From Planctomycetia bacterium (lineage in GTDB: Bacteria > Planctomycetota > Planctomycetia > Pirellulales > PNKZ01), in NCBI GenBank assembly GCA_021413845.1, contig JAIOPP010000021.1, forward strand, positions 75,975 through 139,974: a stretch of DNA of 64,000 nt, read 5' to 3'. Position 1 is the first letter of the stretch, and each line of letters opens with the position of its first letter. The notes under the pieces are model-generated. The model was given only the letters and a program-made list of their open reading frames with translations. It had not been told where the DNA came from and did no database searches. The position numbers and the translations under genes were made by a program. Below, piece after piece: positions 20,916 through 31,200 of this stretch.

Positions 20916-21674
20916 ATGGCTTGGATCTCCGACCCGGCGATTTGGATCGCCTTTCTCACCCTCACGATTCTCGAAATCGTGCTGGGGATCGACAACATCA
21001 TTTTCATCTCGATCCTCGCGGGCAAGCTCCCTGCCGAGCAGCAAGGGCGGGCCCGCGTCACGGGGCTGATGCTCGCGACCGTGACGCGCGTCATGCTGTT
21101 GCTCGCGCTCGCTTGGCTCGTGCATCTCACGGATCCGCTATTCAAGGTCTTCGGCCATGAAATCTCCGGGCGCGATCTGATTCTGATTATCGGCGGGCTG
21201 TTCCTCGTCGGCAAAAGCACGCACGAAATTCATGAGAAGCTCGAAGGGGACGACGACCACGACTTCGTCGGTCGCAAGCCGTCGTTCCGAAGCGTGATCG
21301 TGCAGATCCTGTTGCTCGATATCGTCTTCTCGCTCGATTCCGTCATCACGGCGGTCGGCATGGTCGAACACGTCGGGGTGATGATCGCGGCCGTGATCGC
21401 GGCGATCGGCGTGATGCTGTTCGCGGCTCCCGCCATCAGCCGGTTCGTCGAAAAACATCCGACCGTGAAGATGCTGGCCCTGTCGTTCTTGCTGCTCATC
21501 GGCGTGACCCTCATCGCCGAAGGGTTCGACCAACATGTCTCGAAGGGGTATATCTACTTCGCGATGGGGTTCAGCATCTTCGTCGAACTATTGAACCAGC
21601 GGCTGACGAAGGCCGGCACGAAACCGGTCCGGCTGCACTCCAAAATCGACGACCCTTCGATCGCCGACTCGTAA
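20916..21674 (+). CDS. TerC-family integral membrane protein
   Basis: 252 aa. Duplicated TerC motifs LEIVLGIDNIIFISI and LDIVFSLDSVITAVGM. Confidence 0.88.
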   Translation: MAWISDPAIWIAFLTLTILEIVLGIDNIIFISILAGKLPAEQQGRARVTGLMLATVTRVMLLLALAWLVHLTDPLFKVFGHEISGRDLILIIGGLFLVGKSTHEIHEKLEGDDDHDFVGRKPSFRSVIVQILLLDIVFSLDSVITAVGMVEHVGVMIAAVIAAIGVMLFAAPAISRFVEKHPTVKMLALSFLLLIGVTLIAEGFDQHVSKGYIYFAMGFSIFVELLNQRLTKAGTKPVRLHSKIDDPSIADS

Positions 21675-21818
21675 AACATGCGGTTTGCCGCGACAAGTTG
21701 TCGTCCTGAACCGATTTACGAGCGAGGGTGCTACTCGGAATCGGTGCCGCAAGCTATCATCTTAAGGTTCCGCCTCATTGAGGGTCTTGAGGCTACTCGT
21801 ACCTTTCGGAAGACGAGA

Positions 21819-23471
21819 ATGAACCGGCATTTAGGTTCGCTGAAACTGTCTGCCGAGTCCGACGAAGCGCTCTCGGGCACTTACGTGCCGCGCTCGAAGC
21901 TGATTACGTGGCTAGCGAATCATTCGGACTCCGCGAACCAAAGATCGGCGCTGCGGCGCTACGGCACCGCCGCCGCCGCGATCGCCACGGCGTTTACCAT
22001 CCGGTCTCTGCTCGAGCCTTATCTCGCCGGGCGCGTTTCTTACGGCTTCTTTCTGGTCGCCACGGTGTTCGTCGCGTGGCGTTGCGGCTTGGTCCCCGCC
22101 CTCGCATCGGCCGCCATCGGCGCGCTGTTGGGGAACTATTACTTCGAGTCTCCGGCCGATACTTTTTCGCTCGGGTTCTCTCCAAGCCTCTTCTCGTTTT
22201 CGGTCAGCCTGACGATCGGCGTCGTGACGGCGTTCGTGTGTGAATCGTTGCGGGCCGCGGCGATCGAAAACGGACGCCTCTACCGCCTCGCGCGCCAAGC
22301 AGACGCGCGTAAAGACGAGTTCCTCGCCATGCTCGCGCACGAGTTGCGCAACCCGATGGCCCCGTTGCGCAACGCTTTGTATCTGCTCGACGCCATCGGG
22401 CCGCACGAGCGCCAAGTCGAGCAGTTGCATCGGCTCATCGGAACCCAGGTGGCGCATTTGGTGCGCCTCGTCGACGACTTGCTCGATGTTTCGCGAATCA
22501 CTTTAGGAAAAATCGATCTCCAGATCGAACGGGCGGAGTTCGGCAAGATCGTCGACTCGGCGATCAACGCCGTGCGACCGCTCATCACCGAGAAGCAACA
22601 AGACCTCCGGATTCGGTTGCCGGCCGAGAAGATCTACTTGAGCGCGGATGCGATGCGGCTGACGCAGGTCTTCACGAATCTCCTGCACAACGCGATGAAA
22701 TTCACGGAGCCGACCGGCCGCATCTGGCTGACCGTCGAGACCACGCCGACGCTGCTCACGCTCCGCGTGCGCGACACGGGAGTCGGCATGACCGCCGACG
22801 AACTGACGCGTGCGTTCGACTTATTCGAGCAAGCGCACAACACGGTCGATCAAGCCAAGGGAGGCCTCGGCATCGGCCTAACGCTGGCCCGCAGCCTAGT
22901 CGAAATGCATGAAGGAACGATTTCGGCCGACAGCCCCGGCCCGAACTTAGGGACCGAGATCACGGTGCGGCTGCCGATCAAATCGCCCCCGCAAGATTCT
23001 TACGATTTAGAGTCGGACTCCGTGCCGCTGACGCCCGAGTTCCACCGCGACATGGTCGAGAGCGTGGAAGCCGGCGACGCTCGGCAACATCTCAAAGTCG
23101 TGGTGATCGACGACGTCGCGGCGACCGCATCGATCATGGCGAAGCTGCTGTTGTTTTGGAACCACGAAGCGAAAGTCTGCCACGACGGATTCGCAACCCT
23201 CGAAACGATCCGCACGTTCAAGCCGGACGTCGTGCTGACCGACATCGGCTTGCCGCAGATGAACGGTTATCAACTCGCGGAAGAGATCCGCCGCCTCCCC
23301 GGCTTGAGCGATGTGACGATCATCGCGATCAGCGGCTACGGCCAAGCCTCGGACATTCAACGCTCGCGCGCCGCCGGCTTGGCCTATCACCTGACGAAGC
23401 CGATCGATCCCGTGGAGCTGAAAGCCATTCTCGAAGGGCTCAAGCCGGCCGGCGTCAACGTTACGGAATGA
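21819..23471 (+). CDS. Hybrid sensor histidine kinase (DUF4118-like membrane sensor, HisKA, HATPase, receiver)
   Basis: I moved the start to ATG 21819. H-box FLAMLAHELRNPMAP; N/G boxes NLLHNAMKFT, DTGVGM, GGLGIGL. C-terminal receiver VVVIDD...VLTDIGLPQMNG...LTKP. Confidence 0.85.
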   Translation: MNRHLGSLKLSAESDEALSGTYVPRSKLITWLANHSDSANQRSALRRYGTAAAAIATAFTIRSLLEPYLAGRVSYGFFLVATVFVAWRCGLVPALASAAIGALLGNYYFESPADTFSLGFSPSLFSFSVSLTIGVVTAFVCESLRAAAIENGRLYRLARQADARKDEFLAMLAHELRNPMAPLRNALYLLDAIGPHERQVEQLHRLIGTQVAHLVRLVDDLLDVSRITLGKIDLQIERAEFGKIVDSAINAVRPLITEKQQDLRIRLPAEKIYLSADAMRLTQVFTNLLHNAMKFTEPTGRIWLTVETTPTLLTLRVRDTGVGMTADELTRAFDLFEQAHNTVDQAKGGLGIGLTLARSLVEMHEGTISADSPGPNLGTEITVRLPIKSPPQDSYDLESDSVPLTPEFHRDMVESVEAGDARQHLKVVVIDDVAATASIMAKLLLFWNHEAKVCHDGFATLETIRTFKPDVVLTDIGLPQMNGYQLAEEIRRLPGLSDVTIIAISGYGQASDIQRSRAAGLAYHLTKPIDPVELKAILEGLKPAGVNVTE

Positions 23472-24519
23472 AATCTTCGTCGGCTTGAAGATCGCAAGCG
23501 AAAGCCGCGAGCAAGTCGGCCGCGCGATCGATATCGTCGAGCGAGATTACTTCCACCGGGCTGTGCATGTAGCGATTTGGAATGCTGACGAGTCCCGTCG
23601 CCACACCGCCGCGCGAAGTTTGCATGACGTTGGCATCGGTCCCGGTAGCACGACCCGACGCGGCGGGCTGGTAGACGATGCCCGACGCTTCGGCGATCTT
23701 CATCAACCGCTCGACGACCACGGGGCTCATGTTCGGCCCGCGAAACACGACCGGACCGGCGCCGACTTTGATATCGCCGTCTTGCTTCTTATCCATCGTC
23801 GGGCAATCGGTGGCGTGAGTCACATCGACCGCGATCCCGACATGCGGGTCGACGGTGTAGGTGCTGGTTTGCGCCCCGCGCAGGCCGATCTCTTCGGCTA
23901 CGGTCGAAACGGAATACAGCGCACAATTGAGCGACTTTTGCGACGCGCGGCGGAAGGCCTCCATCACGACCCACAGGCCGGTTCGGTTGTCCATCGCCGT
24001 CGACGACGCGAGATTGTTGAGCATCGGACGGAAGCCGAGCTCCATCGTGATCGGGTCGCCGATCTTCACGTGCGAGGCGGTCTCTTCTTTGTTCTTTGCA
24101 CCGATGTCGATCCACAGATCCTTCACTTTCACCGCGACGCGCCGTTCTTCATCGCTCAGCAGATGGATCGGCTTGCGCGCCGTGACGCCGTTGAGCGGGC
24201 CGGTCGACGTCCACACGACGAGCTTCTGACCGATGAGCACTTGCGGATCCCAGCCGCCGATCGTCGCGGCGTAGATAAAACCTTCGGCGTCGATGTAGTT
24301 CACCAGCATGCCGATCTGATCGCAGTGGCCGGCGAACATCAGCCGCAACGGCGCTTGCTTGTTCTTCACCGCATAGACGTTGCCGTGGCGATCGGTCGAA
24401 ACTTCATCCGCGAACGAAGCCATGTACTTGCGCACGACCGCTTGCACCGGCTGCTCGAAGCCGGAAGGGCTCGGAGCGTCGAGAAGTTGTTTGAAGAAGT
24501 CGAGGGCGGAAGAGTCCAT
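23461..24519 (-). CDS. M42-family metallo-aminopeptidase (FrvX/CelM-like)
   Basis: 352 aa. LLDAPSPSGFE N-terminus, AGHCDQIG, AMDNRTG and AEEIGLRGA motifs. The 3' end overlaps the convergent kinase gene by 11 nt. Confidence 0.85.
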   Translation of the reverse strand: MDSSALDFFKQLLDAPSPSGFEQPVQAVVRKYMASFADEVSTDRHGNVYAVKNKQAPLRLMFAGHCDQIGMLVNYIDAEGFIYAATIGGWDPQVLIGQKLVVWTSTGPLNGVTARKPIHLLSDEERRVAVKVKDLWIDIGAKNKEETASHVKIGDPITMELGFRPMLNNLASSTAMDNRTGLWVVMEAFRRASQKSLNCALYSVSTVAEEIGLRGAQTSTYTVDPHVGIAVDVTHATDCPTMDKKQDGDIKVGAGPVVFRGPNMSPVVVERLMKIAEASGIVYQPAASGRATGTDANVMQTSRGGVATGLVSIPNRYMHSPVEVISLDDIDRAADLLAAFACDLQADEDFIP

Positions 24520-24546
24520 GAGGGATCGGGGGGCAGGGGTCGGGGG

Positions 24547-25713
24547 TCAGTTTAGGAGGGCGTTGAGCGCTTGATCTAAATCTTGTTTCAAGTCGTCGAA
24601 GTGTTCTAGGCCGACGGAAAGGCGAATGAGGCCGTCGGTGATTCCGTGCTTCAGGCGATCGGCCGGGGCGTAGCTGGCGTGCGACATGCTCGCCGGTTGC
24701 TCGATGAGCGACTCGACCGCGCCGAGGCTCACCGCGAGTTGAAAGAGCTTCGTCGACTCGCAAACTTGCTTGACTTGCGCAAACGTGCCGGCGGCTTCGA
24801 ACGTGAGCATCGCACCGTAGCCGTCGTGCATTTGCTTCGCGGCGATCGCATGGCCGGGATGGCTCGACAGGCCCGGATAGAAGACGCGCGCCACGCGAGG
24901 ATCGGCCGCGAGAAACTCGGCGAGGCGTTGGGCCGTGCGGCTTTGCTCGCGCACGCGCAGTTCGAGCGTCTTGAGCCCTCGCGAACAAAGGAACGCCTCG
25001 AACGGCCCCATCACGGCCCCGGTCGCGTTCTGGTTGAAATAGAGCCGCTTGAAGAGCTCCGGATCGCGCACCACGAGCGCTCCGCCGAGCAAATCGCTAT
25101 GGCCGCCGAGATACTTCGTGGCCGAATGCATCACGATGTCGACGCCGAGCTCGAGCGGCCGCGTGAGGACCGGCGTGGCGAACGTGCTGTCGATGCCGAC
25201 CAGCGCCCCATGGCGATGCGCAATCTCGGCGCAAGCCGCGATATCCGAGATCGACATCAGCGGATTGCCGGGACTTTCCAGCCAGAGCAGCTTCGTCTGC
25301 GGCGTGAAGGCGCGCTCTAAGGCCGCGAGATCGGTCGTGTCGACGAGCGACGTCGTGATGCCCGACCGATCGACGATCTTGTGCAACAAGCGATAAGTGC
25401 CGCCGTAGATATCGGCCCCGGCGACGACATGCTCGCCGCTTGCCAGCAGCATCATCACGCAATGAGTCGCCGCCATGCCCGAGGCGAAAGCCAGCGCTCC
25501 GCAGCCCGACTCGAGCGAGGCGAGCGTGGTCTCGAAGGCCTTGCGCGTCGGATTGCCGGAGCGCGAATAATCGAACTCGCGCCACTCGCCGGCATGGTGT
25601 TGCACGAACGTACTGGCAATATGAATCGGCGGCACCACAGCCCCGGTCGCCGGATCGTTGTCTTGGCCGACGTGAATCGCGCGGGTGCGGAAAGACCAGT
25701 CTCGTTCGTCCAT
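24547..25713 (-). CDS. Cys/Met-metabolism PLP-dependent enzyme (cystathionine gamma-synthase / beta-lyase family)
   Basis: PLP-lysine signature HSATKYLGGHSD. The start is taken at ATG 25713 (MDERDW...); the longer ORF starts at 25749. The exact reaction cannot be assigned from sequence alone. Confidence 0.85.
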   Translation of the reverse strand: MDERDWSFRTRAIHVGQDNDPATGAVVPPIHIASTFVQHHAGEWREFDYSRSGNPTRKAFETTLASLESGCGALAFASGMAATHCVMMLLASGEHVVAGADIYGGTYRLLHKIVDRSGITTSLVDTTDLAALERAFTPQTKLLWLESPGNPLMSISDIAACAEIAHRHGALVGIDSTFATPVLTRPLELGVDIVMHSATKYLGGHSDLLGGALVVRDPELFKRLYFNQNATGAVMGPFEAFLCSRGLKTLELRVREQSRTAQRLAEFLAADPRVARVFYPGLSSHPGHAIAAKQMHDGYGAMLTFEAAGTFAQVKQVCESTKLFQLAVSLGAVESLIEQPASMSHASYAPADRLKHGITDGLIRLSVGLEHFDDLKQDLDQALNALLN

Positions 25714-25846
25714 CGATAACCACACATTTCTAAAAAACAGTCGCTTCACTTGCCGTTCGTTTGTACCCTATTCGCGTCAACCTTCCAATCGGCCTGAGCG
25801 GATTCAGCCTCCGCAGCCCTACGCCACATGATCGAGCCGGCAACCC

Positions 25847-26542
25847 ATGTTCGAAAACGGATTCGTCTTCATATTCGTGCTCTTCTTCCTCTTCGTCATC
25901 GGGATTGGGATCTGGGCCTATCGAGCGAACATGAAGCGCATGGCGGCCCTGCGCCTGTGGGCTGCCGAGCGGCGCTTTCGTCTTTCCGAAACGAAGAATC
26001 GAGGCTTGGAACTTCGCTTCCCGGAGTTCGCCTGCCTGCGCGAAGGAAGCCGGCGGTACGGCGAAAACGTGCTCGAAGGAACCTTTCGCGAGCGAAGCTT
26101 CACGGCGTTCGAGTACCACTACGAAACCTACTCGACCGATAAAGACGGCAAGACGCAAACGAACCATCACAGCTTTGCGGTGGTCGTCGTCGAGTCGCCG
26201 CTGCGGCTCAAGCCTCTTTGGATTCGCCGGGAAAATTTCTTCGATAAGATCGGCAGTTTCATCGGCTTCGACGACATCAATTTCGAATCGGGAGAATTCA
26301 GCAGACGCTACCATGTGTCGGCACAGGATCGTCGCTGGGCCTTCGATGTGTTGCATCAACATGCCATCGAGTTTCTACTGCAAGCGCCGGACAAACTCTC
26401 GCTGGAAATGCAAGCGACCGGGGTGATGGGTCGAGGCGTTCGCCCGACTCCCGACGAATACGAAGCGAGCTTGAACACGATCGTCGGGCTATTGGAAATG
26501 CTGCCGCGCTCCGTGATCGAGGAATTGAAAGACGGCCGGTAA
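25847..26542 (+). CDS. Membrane protein, DUF3137-like, upstream partner of LemA
   Basis: 231 aa. N-terminal TM (FVFIFVLFFLFVIGIGIW), then a soluble domain. The family assignment comes from memory of the LemA-adjacent DUF3137 architecture. Confidence 0.55.
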   Translation: MFENGFVFIFVLFFLFVIGIGIWAYRANMKRMAALRLWAAERRFRLSETKNRGLELRFPEFACLREGSRRYGENVLEGTFRERSFTAFEYHYETYSTDKDGKTQTNHHSFAVVVVESPLRLKPLWIRRENFFDKIGSFIGFDDINFESGEFSRRYHVSAQDRRWAFDVLHQHAIEFLLQAPDKLSLEMQATGVMGRGVRPTPDEYEASLNTIVGLLEMLPRSVIEELKDGR

Positions 26543-26592
26543 TCGCTCCCCGCCATTCGCATTGCAGTTTCCCAACTCGGATAACACCCCTT

Positions 26593-27159
26593 ATGACTAG
26601 CGACGTCACGACCTGGATCTTCGGCGGCCTCCTGCTGCTCATCGCGATTTGGGTCGCCGTGCTCTACAACGGCCTCGTGCGGCACGTGAACTACTGCAAA
26701 GACTCGTGGGCCGATATCGATACGGAGTTGAAGCGCCGTCACGACTTGATTCCGAATCTCGTGGAGACGGTGCGGGGCTATGCCCAGCACGAAGAGCAAT
26801 TGCTCGCGCGTGTCACGGCGGCCCGCAACGCGGCGGCGTCGAACGACGGCCCGGCGCGAAGCCACGCCGTCGACGAGACGGCGTTATCGGGCGAAGTGCG
26901 CCGGTTGGTCGCAGTGGCGGAGCGGTATCCGGATCTCAAAGCCGACCGCAACTTTCTGGAATTGCAAACGGAGCTGACCACCACGGAAGACCGCATTCAG
27001 CGGGCACGCCGTTTCTACAATGCCAACGTGCGCGATCTGAACACGCGCGTCGAAGTGATTCCGTCGAACATCGTCGCCGGGATGTTCGGCTTCACGCGGC
27101 GCGACTATTTCGAGATCGAATACGCCGCTGAACGCGAAGCACCGCGCGTGAGCGTGTGA
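26593..27159 (+). CDS. lemA: LemA-family protein
   Basis: 188 aa. N-terminal TM, then KRRHDLIPNLVETVRGYAQHE and RRFYNANVRDLN motifs typical of LemA. Confidence 0.9.
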   Translation: MTSDVTTWIFGGLLLLIAIWVAVLYNGLVRHVNYCKDSWADIDTELKRRHDLIPNLVETVRGYAQHEEQLLARVTAARNAAASNDGPARSHAVDETALSGEVRRLVAVAERYPDLKADRNFLELQTELTTTEDRIQRARRFYNANVRDLNTRVEVIPSNIVAGMFGFTRRDYFEIEYAAEREAPRVSV

Positions 27160-27173
27160 ACCGGCGCAAACAA

Positions 27174-27215
27174 AAACGCCTCGAACCGAAAACGATTCGA
27201 GGCGTTTGAGTTTTT
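27174..27215 (+). terminator. Rho-independent terminator after lemA (possibly bidirectional)
   Basis: A 12-nt stem AAACGCCTCGAA (27174-27185) pairs with TTCGAGGCGTTT (27196-27207) around a 10-nt loop. It is followed by TTTGAGTTTTT and preceded by an A-rich tract. Confidence 0.75.
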
Positions 27216-27395
27216 GTGAGCTTCGTCGCCGAGACTTCTACAAGCCGGGCCGGTCGTCGAAAGGGCCACCTGCGACGACTTCTCGGCCCGCACCTCTCCG
27301 GAGTCGAACGGTAAGCTTGTGTCGCGCGGTAGGTCGGCGATCCGATTCCTACTTCGCGAAGCCGAACCGTGCGTGCAACGACTTAACGGCGAACC

Positions 27396-27722
27396 TTACT
27401 TGACCATGTCCTTCAAGGTCTTCAGGGCGACGATGCGCACCTTGTTGTAAGCAGGCTTGGCGGGAATGTCGCGGGTTTCGCCTGGCTTGAACGGATTCGG
27501 AACGTTCTTCTGAGCCGGACGAGCGGCAACCTTCTTCTTGTTGATCTTGAGCAAACCGCCCGGGAGCTTGAAGACGCCGGCACCCTTGGTGACGTTCTTC
27601 TTGATCTCGGCGCCGAGTGCGTCGAAGACGGCGGCCACTTGCTTCTTGGTCAGACCGGTGGCGGTCGCCAAGTTGTTCAGAACTTCACTTTGCGTGGGAG
27701 CCTTTACGGTGGTCTTCGCCAT
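27396..27722 (-). CDS. HU/IHF-family DNA-binding protein
   Basis: I moved the start to ATG 27722 (MAKTTVKAP...). LTKKQVAAVFDALGAEIKKNV and the beta-arm region RPAQKNVPNPFKPGETRDIPAK fit the HU fold pattern. Confidence 0.85.
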   Translation of the reverse strand: MAKTTVKAPTQSEVLNNLATATGLTKKQVAAVFDALGAEIKKNVTKGAGVFKLPGGLLKINKKKVAARPAQKNVPNPFKPGETRDIPAKPAYNKVRIVALKTLKDMVK

Positions 27723-28234
27723 GATTGGGTGTCCTCCTTGGAGATGAAACGGGGATGAATGATTTTGTCCGTCCGAATGTTGGGACCGGGAAGATTTATA
27801 ACTTGCCCGGAGAAAAATCAATCCAAAAACCCGGGAAATACGGTGCATTTGTCAAATTGAGGTCGAAAAACCTCGGGAAACAACGAAGTTCGCCCCTCTC
27901 AGACCGGCTCGCGCAGCCGCCACGCGAAAGCGGTGGGCACCATTTCGAGTTGGTTTCGGATCGTTTTGCATCTGCGACACGCTGTGCGACTTCACCGCGC
28001 TGCGCAGCGAACAGCGCACTGAACAGCGCGACGAACTCTGCGGCGAACTTCGCAACGACGCGCCACGTATACCGGATTTGCTTGTCCGTAGTTTTGACAC
28101 GGTGTAAGATATTGAAATATCGGCGCTTAGAGCTTTTTGGCACCGGTGAATACGTCGAAAGCTCGCGTTCGGCGAGAGCGGTCTTGCGCAAGACGGTTGC
28201 GAAGATGCGGCGATCATCTCAGGAGGGAACTTGA

Positions 28235-31200
28235 ATGAAGACGAAGCATCGTTCGAACATTCGGCACGCGCGATCGAGCCTGATTGCCGGGGCCGCGCTG
28301 CTCCTCTTCGGCCTCAATTTCAGCCTCAACGCGAACAGTGTCCTCAGCCCTAACACTGCCACGGGGCAAGAAACCACTCCGAAAAAAGCCGCGGAAGCGC
28401 CGGCTGCGGAGAAGCCCGCGGAAAAGCCAACTGAAAAGCCTACCGAGAAGAAGCCCGAAGCCCCCGCCCCGGCGAAGCCCGCCGTTGCGGCTCCGGCGCA
28501 AATGCAGATCCAAGTGCAAGGGGGTGCCGGCGGGGTCATCATTCAGGGCAACGTGCAAGTCAAAGGGAACGTGCAGATCAACGGCGGCAAGGTCGTCGTC
28601 AACGGCAACGCCTTCGCCGTGAATGCCGATGGCACGACGACGCCCGAAGACACCGTGTTTCGCGATCCGCCCCGTCCGCTGTTGCAACGCTTCAAGCGGA
28701 GCGAAACGCTCATCGAAGAGAAGCGGTACGCGGAAGCGGTCGAAGAACTCGGCGAAATCCTCGAAGAGCCGGAAGACTATTCGTACAACTTCGATAACGA
28801 AGGCTCGACCCGTCGGAGCCTGAAAGGGGAAGCGCTGCGCCGCATCGGAGCGCTGCCGGACGAAGGGCGCGCCGCCTACGAATTGCAGTACGGCGCAAAG
28901 GCCAAGCAGTTGCTCGAGAAAGCGATTCAAACCGGCGACGAGCGCGGGCTCGCCGAGGTCTCACGGCGCTACTTCCACACCACGGCCGGATACCAAGCGA
29001 CTTACTTGCTCGGCATGCACCATCTCGACCACGATCGGCCGCTCGCCGCGGCGTTGAGCTTGCGGCGGTTGAAGGACGTGGCGAACGTCGCCACGCAGTA
29101 CGAACCGGAACTCTCGCTGAAGCTCGCCACGAGTTGGGCCCGCGCCGGTGCCGCGTTCAACGCCACGAGCGTCCTAACGGCGGCGAAGCAAAACTTCCCG
29201 AGCGCCGAATTCGCCGTCGCCGGAGAATCGCGGCGCTGGTTCGGCCGGTTGGAACAACCGATGGATTGGCTTGCCAAAAGCACGCTCGCTGCGATTCCCT
29301 CCGCAATCGACGCGACGGCGCGCATCGCGCAATGGGCCGTGTATCGAGGCGATGCGGCGCGCAACGCCGCCGGAACCGGCGGGAGCCCACTGTTGAATCG
29401 GCGTTGGGCCGTGCCGTTTGCGAATCATCCCGATATCGAGAAGCTCATCGAAAGCCTGCGCAAGTCGCACAACGAACGGGATCTCGCGTTGCTCCCCGCT
29501 ACGCATCCGCTCGCCGTCGACGACGTCGTGCTGATGCGCAGCCTGACCGGCCTTACGGCGGTCGACTTCCGCACCGGCAAGCGCATCTGGCACGGAGCCG
29601 GCGACGAATACGCGGAAGGCCTACTTGCGAACAACTCCCTCTCCGCGAATCGCCAAGATCAGCAGCCGAGCCCGTTGGCGATGCTGGTCGATGAGCGATT
29701 GTGGCGTGATGCGGCCTACGGCATTTTCAGCAGCGATAGTAGTCGGGCCTACTGCGTCGAAGATCAGAGCAACCAGCAGCAAGACGCTCAAGTTCAGCGC
29801 ATGGTCATTCAAGCCGGCGGCCGGCGCATCTCCGGCATGGGGAACATTCCCTCCTCCAATCGCCTCGCGGCTTACGAACTTGCCAGCGAAGGAAAGCTCG
29901 TCTGGGAAATCGGCGGGCCGTACGGCATGCAAGACCCGAACCTAGCCGACACGTTTTTCCTCGGCGCTCCTTTGCCGCTCGGCGATCGGCTTTATGTCTT
30001 GGCCGAGACGAAAGGGGAGATCCGGTTGATCGTGCTGCATGCCGCGACGGGCAAGTTCGATTGGGCGCAACAACTGGCCGTCGCCAACGAAGCGGCCGAT
30101 ATGAATCTCCGCCGGACCTGCGGGCTCTCCCCTTCGTATTCCGACGGCGTTCTCATCTGCCCGACCGCGCTCGGAGCGATCGTCGCCGTCGACGTGAACG
30201 ACCGTTCGCTCCTATGGGGTTTCCAATATCCTCGCGCCGGCATCAGCACGCGCAACCAAGTCTTCATGGCTTGGCAAATGAACGGCCGAAGCACGCCGAC
30301 CGACAACACCGATGGGAGCGCGATCGTCGTCGCGACGAGCGCCGTCGTCGCCTACGATCTCGCCGACGGTAAACAAAAATGGTCGGCCTCGTTACCCGAA
30401 GCCGCGAAGCCGAGCGGCCGCGGGTTCTTCAACGGCAAACTCTTGTTCTTGCCGCTGTCGTCGGCCGAAGTCGCCTCGCTCGATATCGAGGCGGGTCTCT
30501 TTACGGCCCGCAGCAAGTCCCGCTCGGCGAACGTGCCGGGCAATCTAATTTGCTATCGCGGCGCGGTGATCTCGCAAGGGACCGGCGGTCTCGAATGCTT
30601 CTTCCAATTGGAAGACCTGCGGAAGGAAGTGAAAGACAAACTCGCGGCGACTCCGGAAGATCCGGCCGCGCTGACATCGAGCGGCGAGCTGCTGCTGGAC
30701 GAAGGCAAAGTCGCCGAAGCGATCGACGTGCTGCGCAGCGCCTACCGCAAGAAAGAAGATCCTCGCACGCGCGATCTCTTCCTCGATGCGCTCTTGGAAG
30801 GGCTCGCCTCCGGTCTCGCCGCGAACACGGCGAACCTCGCCGACCTGGAAGCGCTCGCCATCGGCTCCGGCAAGGAAGAGGCCTACTACCGTCAACGCGC
30901 CCTGGCCCATGAGAAGGCCGGCGACAAACTCAAGGCGTTGGAGCAATACCTGAGGCTCGTCGACGGCGCCAAGCTGTCGGATGATACGCTGCGTACTTCC
31001 GCGAACCTGATCTCGATCAGCCGGCCGCGCTGGATTCGGGCCCGGCTCGATGCCTTCGCTTCGTCGAAAGACGATCCGGCGCTCGTGACCGCGCTGCAAC
31101 AAGAGATCGAACGTCGCCGCACGGCCGCGCTCGCCTCCGACGACGTGGCGCAAATGCGCCGCTTCCTCGACTACTTCGGCGACCACGCGGCGGCCGATGC

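Noticed and set aside
25847-27159. Considered whether DUF3137-like plus LemA here and the two TPM-domain genes at 58729-60328 form one LemA-TPM system.
   Set aside because: The two loci are 31 kb apart, on opposite strands, and separated by unrelated genes. Nothing in the sequence links them beyond the known family co-occurrence elsewhere.
27298-27311. CCGGAGTCGAACGG looks like the reverse complement of a tRNA T-loop (GGTTCGACTCC).
   Set aside because: The five bases on either side do not pair to form a T-stem, and no acceptor or anticodon arms can be drawn. It is not a tRNA.
27723-28234. ORFs of 121-169 aa in the divergent region between HU and the giant propeller gene, with small direct repeats (GAACAGCGC x2 near 28005-28030).
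   Set aside because: The ORFs overlap each other on both strands and have implausible composition. The region is best read as a divergent promoter and leader region. The repeats are too short to interpret.
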